Shown here piece by piece: positions 25,891 to 39,016 of a DNA stretch of 64,000 nucleotides. The stretch's first letter is position 1; each line of letters starts with the position of its first letter. A program made the translations under genes and the position numbers. The notes under the pieces were generated by a model. That model was not told where the DNA came from. It did not search any database and was given only the letters and a program-made list of their open reading frames with translations. This DNA comes from Camelus dromedarius (taxonomy: Eukaryota): contig NC_087437.1 of the NCBI RefSeq assembly GCF_036321535.1, forward strand, positions 24,182,001-24,246,000. Reading direction: 5' to 3'.

Positions 25891-25944
<54 letters not shown>
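25890..25944. repeat. (CA)n microsatellite at the L1 tail
   Basis: Direct reading. Confidence 0.97.
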
Positions 25945-25945
<1 letters not shown>

Positions 25946-27379
25946 CAGGGAGGTGCTAATTTAAAAGTGTCTTCATGAATTCTGCTTTCAGAATCTAAAG
26001 CTTACAAGATCCAGGTAATGTTGGGCCATGTTTCTTCATGCTCAGTGCAGTTTCCTGGTTCAGAGACCAGGGTTCACAGAAATGACCTATGCTTCCAGGA
26101 AAAGTTTCCTCTCTCATCTTCAGTGACAAACTGAATGAGTTTGTATGTCAGGGAAATCCTAAACATAGGATTACCATACTTAGCTCAACTATTTATAAGT
26201 ATAGAAACACACCTGCAACACACACACATAGACAGACACACAAGACAATTATTAAATATTAAAGTATTTTTTAACTAGGAAAACAACTTGCAATTTTGCT
26301 TCAAAAAAAGGAACCATCTTAGGAAAGATTATAACAATCATTGAGTAAATCCCTATGTTTTAACAGACACAAAATTGAAAAGTTTAGAAATCATTGCATT
26401 CTTGCTTTGCAGTGGTCTGTTTGGGCTTTTTCAAATTATTTTTTTTTAAGAAGGAAAAAACTCTATTTTTTAAAATTCATGTAGTACAATAATTCTTTTT
26501 AGTGGAAAAAATACACTATCCCAGCAAATCAATCTCTGCTTCTTGTATGAAAGATGGTCTGTTTGTAGATGACACTTAATGCTGTCTATTTTGATGCACA
26601 GTGGGTGAACACAGTTACCAGGAACTATTCTCTCCCCTGGCATTCTTTTGGTGGCCCAGCAGATAGACTGTGACATCACCGCTGAAGCTGTGAATATAAT
26701 GCAAAGGTCGTCTCTAGCATTAATCTAAGGTCAGGGAAGATTCTGAGTGCTATGAGACATTCTTAAAATGCTTTATACACATAGGGCCATAGAATCCACT
26801 GACAAATGTGTTTTCATTGTACTCCTAGTCTGTGTTGGAATTAACTGGACTTGCACTTTGATGTAGAAGTGAGAGGAAATCTCTTAGTACTGCTGACCTT
26901 CTTTTAAGTGCACATGAAATATCTGTAATTTTTATTAGGAAAGATACAGCATACTTTGTGTAATTTGTATCAGCTTACCTTAAAATAGACATGAGATACA
27001 TATATTTTTTTCTCACCAGGAAAATAGCATATTCCAAATTTCCCAATTAATTTTTCTTGAATGGATGGGGAGATGAAAAGTTAGAAAGGGCAAAATTTAC
27101 AAGGTGATTTAAGCCCTATGTTCTTTGTAGGTACTGCTCTAAACTCTTATCTCTATAAAAGTATAGGATAGAATAAGATGCTTCTGAATGGAGAAGGCAA
27201 ATTGAGATAAATGACAGAATATACAATGTGAATTGGCTTTTGAAGAAAAAAAAGTGGTAAGATAAAATTATTGGCTCCTATAATGTAAAATTGTTGGTCC
27301 AAGGTTTAAAAACTGTCATTGGGATGTTTAGATTTGTTTTTTGTTTTGTTTTGTTTTGTTTTTTTCATTTCTGATCCAT

Positions 27380-27640
27380 TTCCTGTAATGGACACTTTCC
27401 TCATTGGAAGTAACTTCAACCATATTCTTGCAGGTTCAAGTGAAAGATATTAGATAACATGTTTCTGTCCAGCCTAGATCATAGGTTAGTTCTGATTGGC
27501 TAGATTGAATCACGTGCTTATACATGGACCAATTATTATGACAGGACAGGATTAAGAGTGTGACAGACAGCACTTCCCCCAAATGAACTCAGCATATGTT
27601 ACCAAAAGAAGAGGGAACCAATGGCAGGCAACCCAACATA
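27380..27640 (-). mobile_element. MaLR LTR fragment (MLT1J/K-like)
   Basis: 'ttctgattggctagattgaatcacgtgcttatacatggaccaattattatgacagg' is typical of MLT1J/K. Confidence 0.6.
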
Positions 27641-30249
27641 CAACGAATATTTTTTACATCAAGAACAATTTTTATGGGTCCAAAACTAAAAGCTGCACAT
27701 TTATCAAATTTTGAGTTCAAAGGAAAGAAATTTCAAGTGTGTTTGAAGGCTATATGGTGAATCAGAATAGCTAGAAAATAAAAAGAGGTCTATATAAAAC
27801 CATAAGAAAATTAAAACTGAGTTCAGAGCGTGAGAAAAATTTGATGAGGCAATAAGTTTGGGTTTCTGTTCTATAATCTATGAGTGAGAAACTAATGACC
27901 TGAGGGACAAAAATGTTATCTGCATCTAGCACAGTAGCTGGAACCTCATGTGCCCTCAGTAAAGACGCATTTTCAGAAAACTAATATGATAGTGATTTAC
28001 ACTGTGAATTGCAGTGGTGGGGTAGTATAGTTAGGATTCTGCTAAAATAAATCAGTACTGAAATTCAAAGAACCTATCAAATTCTGATTTGTCAAAGTTT
28101 TTTAGGTCCATGGTAATCCAACTATGCTGAATTATTCAAAAGTGGTTCGGAATTGTTAGATGAGTTTAAACTGAATTCTTTTTTATTTGAATACTGACTC
28201 CAACTGGTTCAACTGATTGTAAATAACTCAAACCAATTAAGAGCTAATTCAAAATTGTTTTCATATTGAAACTCAGTAATCATAAGTATTTGTAGTCTTT
28301 GAAACTACTGTTGTCTTGAATATTCATTTTTCTTGGAATCAAACTGGAGGTCTTTTAGAACAGGGAATAAGAATGATTGGAAATTTGACAATTGGAGCCT
28401 ACATGGATGAAAAATTAGAGCAAGTTGTGAGAATTACAGAGCCTTCTCAGTGACGCCTTTCCTGCAGGCACTGAAAAGCCATCCTTACTCTAGAGAGCAA
28501 GAGACACTTAATACTTTCCTCTCATACTACAAAGAATGGAGAGAATAATTTGTCTAGTGCTTCTCTGTTGGAGTCTGTTTTCTACCTTCTAGCATGAAGT
28601 TTGTACCCTGACTACTTTTTCCTCCCCAGTGGAGGACAAATGATGCTTGATTTCCACCCAGGCTTGTGCCATGTCCCTGGATCTGGTCACATGACCATCA
28701 ATCAAACCCATTCTTGAAATGGACCCTCTCAGGGAAATAGCTCAGTTCCAGCATCCCAGAGGCTAATGAACCTCCTTCTTTCTGGCATTTCTAGTCGTGT
28801 CTAGCCACAGGGGACAAAGATTTTTGCTCTGAAGAAGCAGAGGCTGAGAACTAGGTTAAGAACTTTAAATGCAATTCAGTGAGTTTTTTCATGTATATAG
28901 TGTGGTTCTCAAAGTTGGATGACCAGAGAGAATATAGCCATGGTTCAGGAATAATCTTAGAGGTACGTGGTACTTAGTCTTTCTACATCTCAATTTCCTT
29001 GTTTATAACTTGAAGTCAGTGATGTTCCTAAGGAGGTTCTGAGCATAAAGTGATAGTGCAGTCAGTCAATGTTTGCCCAGCCCAATATCTTGAACACACT
29101 ACTCTCAACAAATATTAGGTCCAATAAGAAACAGATACAAGAAGAAACCCTTGACATACTTGATCGGTTGTATGTGTGGTGGAGGCGCATGACTGGGGAG
29201 GCCCCAAAAATGGGGGATTTAAAACAAAGTTTTAATCAGTAGAGGGAGTAAAGTATTTTGCAGCTAATGTTTTATGATGCCATATTAGAAGAGAGATGGC
29301 AGAAGGTAGGAAAATCAAGTGTGGCCCTGAGGAATGCTTAGGAAAATTTCAGGAAAATAATGTGTCATTTAGTACATTATTAAATATATATCCAGAGTAG
29401 AAGCCTATAATGCAGGCAGAGTAATCCACTGAAGGCCACTAAAGAAAATGGGAGATTCAAAATAAGCAGTTAGATAACAGAGGAGAAACGTTCACTCGGT
29501 GAACATTGCCAGTAGTAATTGTGAAAATGCCCTGAAACTTAGAGGTTGAAAAGGCTAGAGAAAAAAAAAATCTTATTTAGGAAATATCTGAGAAAGCATA
29601 TATTTATATATTCATATAAAAATCTTTAAGTGTAGTTTTAAGAACTGGATTTACACTGGAACAAATATAGAACATTCAGACACTAGAATTCATCTAATGT
29701 TTTCTTATGATTTAGAATATAAAATATTAAAAACTACTTTATAACTTCATATCCAAGTTCATTCTTTTGTGGCTTATATAATCATATCTTCTCAGTTAAA
29801 GAAAATAATCACCTTCATTAAAACTCTTCATTAAATGAACATAAATTCCACATATAAATTTGTTTACCATCCTCACTCTTGTATGCTCAGTGGTGTGCCA
29901 GGTTCGAAGATTTAAGAGGGATGTATAAAGTGTCAGCGAAGCTCAGGGGCAGACCCCTAACCAGATCTGGCCACTCCTACTCCCCACCCCTTCTCCCCTT
30001 CCAGAGAACACTAGCACGTGGGCAATCAGAGACACACCACCAAGAGTACTAGTGTACGCCGCAGAAAATTCTCATACCTTTGATTTTGTTCCAGCTCTCT
30101 GAAACTGCCTAAGTCAAAAGTTCAAATTAAAATAACCAGCAAACAACTTCCTGAGTGTGTATGACATATCAGTTATTTTAGGTTTAATCAGAATTTTAAA
30201 GGAAATAAGAAGTTTGAATGAAGAGTAGGAAGAAAAGTAATTTCATATT

Positions 30250-30445
30250 AAGAATTACCACTCAACGAACTTTCACTCTGTTCTAGGTCCATGGCATATT
30301 TATATTTTGTCAACCTTACCCAATCTTAAGATAGAGATACAGATTTCACCAGGTTACACAAGAGGCAATGAGGTTCAGTGCAGTTAACTGACTTGCGCAA
30401 AGATAGTTGTAAGTTAAGGTGCCAAACTTTGAACTGAGGCGTTTT
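30250..30445 (-). mobile_element. MIR fragment
   Basis: 'ttacacaagaggcaatgaggttcagtgcagttaactgacttgcgcaaag'. Confidence 0.6.
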
Positions 30446-30459
30446 TTTCTTCTTTTTTG

Positions 30460-31230
30460 AAGAATTATTTTTTGAAGAAAATATGTATCATAAAATAAAA
30501 ATCATATCATAAAAGTACATATCATAAAAATCATGTTTCAAGTGTACAATTCAGTGAGTTTTGTTTTTTCTTACTGATGTGTGCAGCAACCACCATAAAG
30601 GGTTTTAGAACATTTTTATCCCTTCAGTAGGATTCCTCATGACCATTTACATTTAATCCTTATTACCACTCTCCGACCTTAGCAAACAGTGATCTACTTT
30701 CTAAGTTTACCTTTAATGGCCATTTCATATAAATTAAATCATATTTGATGTGATCCCTTGTGTCTAGCCTCTTTTACTTAGTGTAATGTTTTAGCACCAT
30801 CTGTGGTGAAATGTTTGTTCTTATCTTTTGCCCATTTTTTATTGAGTTGTCTTTTTATTACTGAGTTCTAAGAGGATTTTATGTATTCCAGATACAAGTC
30901 TTTAACTGAATATGTGTTTTTCCAAATATTTTCTCCCAGTCTGTTGCTTGTCTTTTCACTTTCTTAATGAAGTATTTTGAAATGTGAAAGTTTCAAATTA
31001 TTATGTCTAATTTATCATTTTTTTCTTTTATGGATCATGTTTTAGTGTCATATAGTACAAGATCTTTCCCTAATTCAAAGTCTTAATGATTTTTTATGCT
31101 TACTTTCAAAATGTATATTGTTTTGGTTCTTATCTTTAAATCTGGCCTCCAGCTGAGCCAATTTTTAGGTATGAGGTAAGGTGATTTTCTAAATTCATCT
31201 TTTTGCATGTTGATACCCAACTGTCCCAAA
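30460..31230 (-). mobile_element. Ancient L1M fragment
   Basis: 'aagtgtacaattcagtga', 'cttttgcccattttttattgagttgtc', 'caaatattttctcccagtctg', 'ttttgcatgttgatacccaa'. Confidence 0.8.
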
Positions 31231-31499
31231 GCCAGACATTCCTGATCCCAGTGTCAATGCTGTTCCACTATGCTAAGCAGGGTACATAAATCTGAGTGGA
31301 GATCAGCACTGACTGGCATCTAGTAGTGATTTGTTAGTAGTTGGATGGAACCAGACATTTAGAGAAAAGAAGCTACAATTTATCTGAGCCAAGAGTAGTC
31401 TTCAAGTGTGATTAGTGCAATTAATTGAACTAACTGACCACGTAGACTCTTGCTCTCTGACCCACTATCAAGGCTAATGTAATTGATTCCATACTTCAG

Positions 31500-32015
31500 C
31501 CAGATATGAAAGTAAAGACCCAATAAATGTCTGCAAAAATTTTGCACAAGAAATTTTATAGCATCCTTAATAAGAATAGTCAAACACTAGAAACAATTCA
31601 AATATCCAACAGGTGAATGGGTAAACAATTGTGTACATTCATACAATCAGTGCCACTCAGTAATGGAAAGGGCAGAATTACTGATTCACATAGCAATGTG
31701 AATGAATCCCCAAAACAGTAGCTTGAGTAAAAGAAACAAAAGATAAGAGTAAATCCTGTATCAATCCACTTATATGAAACTGCAGCAAAACTAGTCTCTG
31801 GTGATAGAAATTGTAACAGTGGTTTCCTGGTAGATGGAGGGAAAATTGATAGGAAGAGGGTGATGAGAAACATTTTTAAGGTAATGAAGTACTCTGTATC
31901 TTGATAGGAGTGGGGATTTCATGGGTATATATCCTCAAAACCCATCTGAGTATAAATTGTAAGTTATAACTGTACATTAAATCTGTAAATTATATACCTC
32001 ATTAGAAAATGCATT
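31500..32015 (+). mobile_element. L1ME-type 3' end
   Basis: 'caaatatccaacaggtgaatgggtaaacaattgtgtacattcatacaat...gcaaaactagtctctggtgatagaa'. Confidence 0.75.
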
Positions 32016-32032
32016 TACTTTAAATGTATTTT

Positions 32033-32975
32033 TTAACATAGTATTGGAAGTTTAGCTACAGCAATCAGACAGGAGAAAGAAATAAAAGGCATCCAAATTG
32101 GAAAGGAATAAGTAAAACTGTTACTATTTACAGATGGCATGGTACTATATATAGAAAACCTTGAAGTCTCCACCAAAAACTATTAGAACTAATAGTGAAA
32201 AGTTATAGGATACAAAATTAATATACAGAAATCTGTTGCTTTCCTGTACACTCAATGAAACATCAGAAAGAGAAAACAAGAAAACAATGCAATTTAAAAT
32301 CACAGCAAAAAAGAATAAAATACCTATGAATAAATTTAACCAGGGAGGTAAAAGACCTACACTGTGAAGACTATAAAACGTTGTTGAAGGAATTTGGAAA
32401 TGATACAAAGAAATGAAAAGATATCCCATGTTCTCGGATTGGAAGTATGAATATTGTTAAAATGTCCATACAACCCAAAGCAATCTATAGATTTAACAAA
32501 ATCCTTATCAAAATACCTATGACATTTTTCACAGAACTGGGACAAATAACCCCAAAATTTATATGAAACCACAGAAAAGCCCTGAATAACCAAAGCAGTC
32601 TGGAAAGAAAAGAAAAAAGCTGAAAGTATGCTCCCTGACTCCAGACTATACTACAAAGCTACAGTAATCAAAACAGCATTGGTATTGGCACATAAACAGA
32701 CACATAGATCAATGGAACAGAATAGAAAGCCTAGAAATAAACCCAGGCACTTAATGGTCAACTAATCTAATTAGCGGTATGGGATTCACAGATACCAACT
32801 ACTATATATAATATAGAGAAGCAACAAGGATAGTATAGCACAGGAAATTATACTGATTATCCTGTAATAACCTATAATGGAGTAGAATCTGCAAAAATAC
32901 TGAATATGCTATACACCTGAAACTAACATGATAGTTTAAATCAACTATACTTCAATTTAAAAAAATAAAATTAAA
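32033..32975 (+). mobile_element. LINE-1 ORF2 fragment joined to 3'UTR through an internal deletion
   Basis: ORF2 RT-region sequence ('aacatagtattggaag...aaaaggcatccaaattggaaagg') to ~32769, then directly the 3'UTR end and A-rich tail. Confidence 0.9.
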
Positions 32976-35127
32976 CTGAGTCTGCATTTTTTTAAGCTGA
33001 TAGCTGAAGCATGCTAATGTTTGTTACCATTTTTAAGTGTGAAGGGTGTGGAAGGAACATTTTATAATGGCTGTTTTTTGTCTCTTCTGTGTAGAGCTAA
33101 AAATGAGTTATGTTTCTAGATAGCAGTCTTTTCAGGGAATTTCTGGGGTTTTTTTTTTTTTTTTTTTTGGTCTGATTCTAGATTTCTTTTGAATTCTTTT
33201 ATAAAAATGTGTATGTCCTTTGGGGGAAAAATAATCTTGGGAGATTAATCTATAAGACCTAACCCCTTCTCTTTGATCCAAAAATTGATTTGCCTTGGTT
33301 CTTTAGATACATAAAATGTGCATCTTTCCCTAGCCTTCCCCAGAGCATTTTGGTACTTTCATAGGTAATTGTGCACTGGCAAAGGAGAACTAATCATAAT
33401 TTTCATGGACTAGCTCCAGCAAAACACTATTCAGAAGCATCCAGACCAAAACTTGCAACCAGTCTTAAGGGCCTGTGAGAGTCACATGGTGAATGAAATT
33501 CAAACATGACTTAATCTCACAACCAGTTCCCTGAGGCCCAGTGGATATGTCCATATTTGTTTCATTCATGGTTTAAATGGACATCACACAGAATCATTAC
33601 AGAACCACTTGCAGAATCACAACACTGGCTTCCTGATACTTGGAATAAGGGCTGGAAGGAAGGTACAGTAGGAAGAAAAAGCAAAAGCCACTGGACCTCA
33701 CTTTACTCATCATAGCAGTAAGTCAAACGCTAACACACCTCTAAGAGTAATGAAGTCTTTTTGTTACCAGTACAGCCTTAGAAGATGGAGATTTGTTCAT
33801 TTGTATCACATTTCCTATTCCTATTCTTTCTGGCTAATTAAAAAGACTAGCTGTACTTGGAGAAAGATGGTGGATTATCAAACATGATCAGGTTATGACT
33901 CTAATGCTACTGCTGTCCTAGTGGGAGTGTCTTACTGAAAAAAAAAAAAAGTGAAAGTGTCCCTAGCACTTGGTGTACATTGAAATGGCAAGTACATTTT
34001 ACTCCTTCCCATACATAGAACATTAGAAAATCATCTTAAAGGGCCAGCAGTACAAATGTAATATCTCACCTCAAGGATGGAAAACACTCCAGCTAAATAC
34101 TTAAGCCATCCCACTAGTCTACAGAATATCATGCTGACTCACTGTATTGATGCCATCGTAGTGATATGATCTAAAGAGTGGGAAGTAGTAAGTGAATGTG
34201 ATGCATTGGAAATAAATGAGAAGTAAATTCAGAGATAATGACAGTGACCACATCATAGAATTTTCCTGGGGTTGAGGGGCATTGAAGGTGTCAAATAATC
34301 CCTTCCCCACATGAATGACAAGTCACTCCTTTAGTGGAGGACAGATCATTGTACTTTGTGTCCTACATCACCACGAGGGAGGTACAGCGCCCGATGTGTT
34401 ACCTGGATTTCGATGGCAAACCTATACCATATATAGGTGTCCTCCTCCACATTCTGTACAAAGTGATTCAAAATTAAGTAAGGCTCAGAGGAAGTGTGCA
34501 ACCCAACTGGTTCAGCTCACAGTTTGAGCAGTGATCTCACCTGGGAGGTCAGGTGACCAACTTACCCGAGTTGTCCTTCTTGAATTAGGTACTATGTGAT
34601 CTAATTAGCCATAAAGTAGAAGTCCTTGCCTGAATAGGTCTACAAGGTCTAGATCAGATTTTTAAGGAACTACTCACATTCCCAGCGTGTCTTTTCCTGC
34701 CAGAGCATTGCCTTCCCTCAGTCAATACCAAAGATGAAAACCTCATGGGGAACTTCCCCTCAGTTTGAAAATAAGGAAACTGGAGATGAGATTATAGCTG
34801 GCCCTGAGCAAAATGCAGTCAGCCTGCTGAAAGTGGCAGTTACTGTATCGCAGCCCCACCCAGAGGGGGCCCTGAAAGTGGAGAATGGAGCACCTCCCAG
34901 TGGTCAGCACAACTTGGAGCATAGCCCTTCACTGTTATGGTTGAGATGATTGACCCTGATTCTCAGGGGTAAACGGAGTTCCTGTTCAGTAGTGAAGCTG
35001 CTGCTGGTGGTGGGTGGAAAGTATAGATGTAATGTAGGGAATTCGTCCTGAGTACTAATACTATTTCTACATTGTCAGGAATTAAAAACGATGGCATCTC
35101 TATATAGGCAGGACTCACAAGAGGCTC

Positions 35128-35177
35128 TGAGTCACCCCGATAGGCAAAAACTTGAGTCACCCTGATAGGCAAAAACC
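35128..35177. repeat. 25-bp tandem duplication containing TGAGTCA
   Basis: tgagtcaccccgataggcaaaaact / tgagtcaccctgataggcaaaaacc. Confidence 0.9.
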
Positions 35178-35944
35178 TTTGAAAAGCAGACATACTTAAT
35201 AAGGAAAATATGAAATAAGTAGACGAATTAAGTAAGGTGTACCAGCTCTGGCTTTCTGGCAGTTTGCAAAAATTAGAAATATAATCTACTCCTTGCTCGC
35301 TGAACATGTGATATTTAAAATTCTCTATTCTTTTTTTTTTCCTTTTTTGTAATCTTTCTCTTCTCTTGTACAGATGATTTATTGATGTATTGATGTAATA
35401 TACATGATTTGCCTGTATAGGTTGCACAATCTCATGAGGGAACCATGACAGATCTAGAGGGAAATAGACATTGTCCAGAGATACAGGACCCAAAGAACAG
35501 TGACATCATTTTTGCATGTAGCAGCTAGACATGACTTTGGGTTGTCTCCCATTAAGAAGAAAAAGTGGATTTGAGGCCCTCTTTGGGAACTAATTATGTT
35601 CAGAGAGCCATTTTTTTGAATCATATGTTTAGAAGAGAATGAATTTTCTTTGGAATTTTGGAGGAGTTTAGGGAGCTGAAATTTCTATATTTCCTGAATT
35701 TTCTTTTCCTACTCTTTAAAAATAACAGATTACATCCCTCATATCACTAAAGTGAGTTACATTCTGTGATAGATTATTTCTCTTTGAAATTTCAGCATTG
35801 GTCAATGATGTATTGGGTGAAAGACAATAAGATTTGAGTAATCTAATGGTGACAAACAAGGTAGAAATTGATGAGGTAAGAGGAAAGAATTGTATCTTTG
35901 TCTTACTCTTGCTTGACTTTTGTGAGTTACCTCACTATCTTATC

Positions 35945-36005
35945 TCTTTCTCTCCCCTTCCCTTCCCTTCCCTCCTCTCCCCTCCCCTCCCCTTCCCTCC
36001 TCTTT
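35945..36005. repeat. (CCCTT/CCCCT)n polypyrimidine simple repeat
   Basis: Direct reading. Confidence 0.85.
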
Positions 36006-36398
36006 TCTTGCAACATTGTATGTTTCTTGCAATCAAAATATTTTAGCTTATACTGAAATGGAATTACAAGCAGTAGATTCTTAGAGAAATATAGATGTTT
36101 GGAATTGGTTATTGGATTGGTTATTGGATGAAGCAACATGCACTGAGACATGAACAGAGAAATGAAAGTAGAACTTCATTTCTTTAAGGAAAGAATCTTA
36201 GAAGAACCATAAGCCATGGCTGACTGGGACCTGGGACTCCTAAAGATGAAGTTGGGAGAGCAGGTGGCTCTTGCCATAAGCCCATTTAGAGGATGAGGAA
36301 TGGTAGGCCCAGCAGGTAGAATGACTGTATCTGACAGGCTTAGTGATGACATTGGAGGAGGAAAAGCTCAGGCCATAGGTTGGTTTGCAAAGTGGCCC

Positions 36399-36774
36399 TG
36401 TACATAAAGGGCAGGGAGAGACCAAAGAAAGAGGCAGATCAGTTCAGATTGGTAGGTGGCAGTTTTAATAAACAGGAGAACTTACTTATAAGATGGGGAC
36501 GACAAGACAAGTAGATCCTCAACTCCACCTGGCAGAATCTTACAAGTTTATATAGGGGTCTAAACTGACTTCAGTCATCTATACTGTCCAGATAGTTTTC
36601 AACAAACCTTATTCTCTCAAGGATGTGTCCTTGGAACAGCTCTACTGGACCTGTGGGAATGGTAGGCAGAACACACATTCAAAGGACAGGGGAAGGGATG
36701 AGGAGTCCCTGATTGCCTGTGTCCAGGTCGTGGGTTAGCTCCTGGTCACGTCTTCTCCGTTACCACCTCCAACA
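36399..36774 (-). mobile_element. Probable solo ERV LTR (~375 bp)
   Basis: Minus strand begins TGTTGG and ends ...TACA, with TATATAAA and ATTAAA in LTR order; no clean TSD seen. Confidence 0.55.
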
Positions 36775-36959
36775 CCAGACATTCTTCAAAGCACGGGATG
36801 AAACTCATAACCCATGTATGAGTATGTAAAACAGTTGCTTACCACTTGTGACTATGCAGCTGAGCACCCTCAAAATGAATCCCAGAGATGTATTTTGCGC
36901 ATTTCTGAATTACAGTATTAGTGCTGTTCACAAACTCTCCAGGTCATTTATGTAAGAGC

Positions 36960-37240
36960 TAGAACATTGATTAAGAAAGTGTAAACTCAGTATAAAGTCA
37001 TAGGAAGACACTGGCATTCAAGTTTTTGGGTGTGAAATCCTATCTCTGCCACAAACAACTGAGGGATCCTAAATCAGTTACTTAAATTCTGTGTCTTATT
37101 TTGTTCCCAGGAGAATACTGATAATATTACTAAAATTATTTAATAAATAGGTGCACTTTGAAGATTGAATTAGATGATCCACATAAAACACTTAACACAG
37201 GCCTGGTACATAGACAGTGTTTAGCAGATGTTAACTATTA
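36960..37240 (+). mobile_element. MIR SINE
   Basis: 'aatcctatctctgccac...agttacttaaattctgtgtc...gaagattgaattagatgat...acacttaacacaggcctggtacatag'. Confidence 0.75.
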
Positions 37241-38195
37241 ATTCAAGTGAAATCTTTAGTGACTTTCAAATAGATGATAGAGAATTTACAATAAAGCATT
37301 ATAGATTTATCAAATGCTTACCCTGATAGAAACTCATCAGAAAGAAATTGAAAGCACATTTCTTAAAATCAGGGAACTTCCAATTATTCTGGGAAGGCTG
37401 GAATAAAATGTGAAAATTTAAATGACAGTGTAGGAGATAAATGAAGGCCAATGTGGGGAGACAAGAAGTTACAGGGTTTTACGGGATTGGTGGCAGCTGA
37501 CTGCTCTTGGTTTAAAAAAAAAAAAAAGGTTTTATTTTTCTTAAATATCTTCTTTTATCAATAAATGTATTCAAATAGTTAAATCATATATACATGTCCT
37601 ATTTGTTTTAATCTTCTTATAGCTGGGATCGGTCAGACCTAAATAGTTTTTGCAAAACTTCACACTTTGGGTTTTGGCATTTATTTTCAATTTCTTAAGC
37701 CAACAACTGAATCTTTAAAATCTGCAGGACAGTACAGTAATCCAAGTGGGAAACACTTTGAAAGCTCTTTGTAGTTGGCAATAAGGCTTTCTTAACGACG
37801 ACTGTTCTCACATGAGGGATGTACCTGCTATAATACCTATGTGCTTTTACTGCTACTATTAGCATTTCCTTGAGCAATTCCATAAGTGACCATGTGTAAT
37901 GTAATACACCTCGTCTCTCCAAACATGCTGTCTTGTAGATTTGTCAGTAGCGTATCTTAATGAGAAAAGTGTCCTCTTTAAATCAAATGTAAATTACTTT
38001 TTTGAAAACAATTTAACTACAGGTATAACACACTTTTAAAAATATAATCTTGCAAGGCATTTGTTCAAAAAAAAGTTTTGCTAATTGAATCATGTTTCCC
38101 ATTGACTTACAGTACTACATTAGAGGTGTGTCCTTATGGGAAGAAATCTGACCCAAGATGAGTAAATATCACAACTTAGAAATGCAGAATATTTT

Positions 38196-39016
38196 TTTCC
38201 TTTTTCAGTTTTATTATGTAGAATTATTACAGTTCGACTGCACATACACATTACATTGCATGTAAATACATATGTACAGTATACTGCACATTTTTTTAGT
38301 TTTCATGACTGTACTAATTATTGTTTCTAGGAGCAGATTAGATCTCTAGCTTTTTAAACTTACATAGTTATCGAAGTAATAAAGCCAACTACAAAATAAG
38401 AATCAACAGAATGCAGTAATTCAGTCATAAAGGACAGTCAAATGTGCTTACACATATTCAAGAAATCAAAATAATAATTAGTTCATTTGTGTCCTTATTA
38501 TTATTTTTTATATGCTTCATAAAAATGATATCATATGGCATTTTTCTTTCTCATTCCAGCCCACTTCACTTAGAATGACAATCTTCAGATCCATCCATAT
38601 TGCTGCAAATGGCATTATTTTATTCTTTCTTATGGCTGAGTAGTGTTCCACTGTTTGGACCACATCTTCTTTATCCAGTCATCTGTTGATGGGCATTTGG
38701 GTTGATTCCATGGTTGGCTATTGTAAATAGTGCTGCTGTGAACATTGGGGTGCATGTGTCTTTTTGAATTTTATTTTTCTCTGGATATATGCCCAGGAGT
38801 GGGATTGCTGGATCACATGGGAAGTCTATTTTCAGTTTTTTAAGGAACCTCCATACTGTCCTCCATAGTGGCTGCACCAATCTGCACTCCCACCAACAGT
38901 GTAGGAGGGTTCCCTTTTCTCCACACCTTCTCCAGCATCTATCATTTGTAGACTTTTCAATATGGCCATTCTGGCTGGTGTGAGGTGATATCTCATTGTA
39001 GTTTTGATCTGCAAGG
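38196..39016 (-). mobile_element. Chimeric L1-mediated insertion: L1 ORF2-end/3'UTR (38480-39014) fused to a non-L1 polyadenylated segment (38196-38479)
   Basis: 15-bp TSD aatgcagaatatttt at 38181-38195 and 39017-39031; L1 ORFs 38671..38880 and 38832..39014; AATAAA on the minus strand at 38210-38215. Confidence 0.8.

Noticed and set aside
34963..35493. 176-aa minus-strand ORF
   Set aside because: Non-ATG start, crosses low-complexity tracts and a tandem duplication, no recognisable domain.
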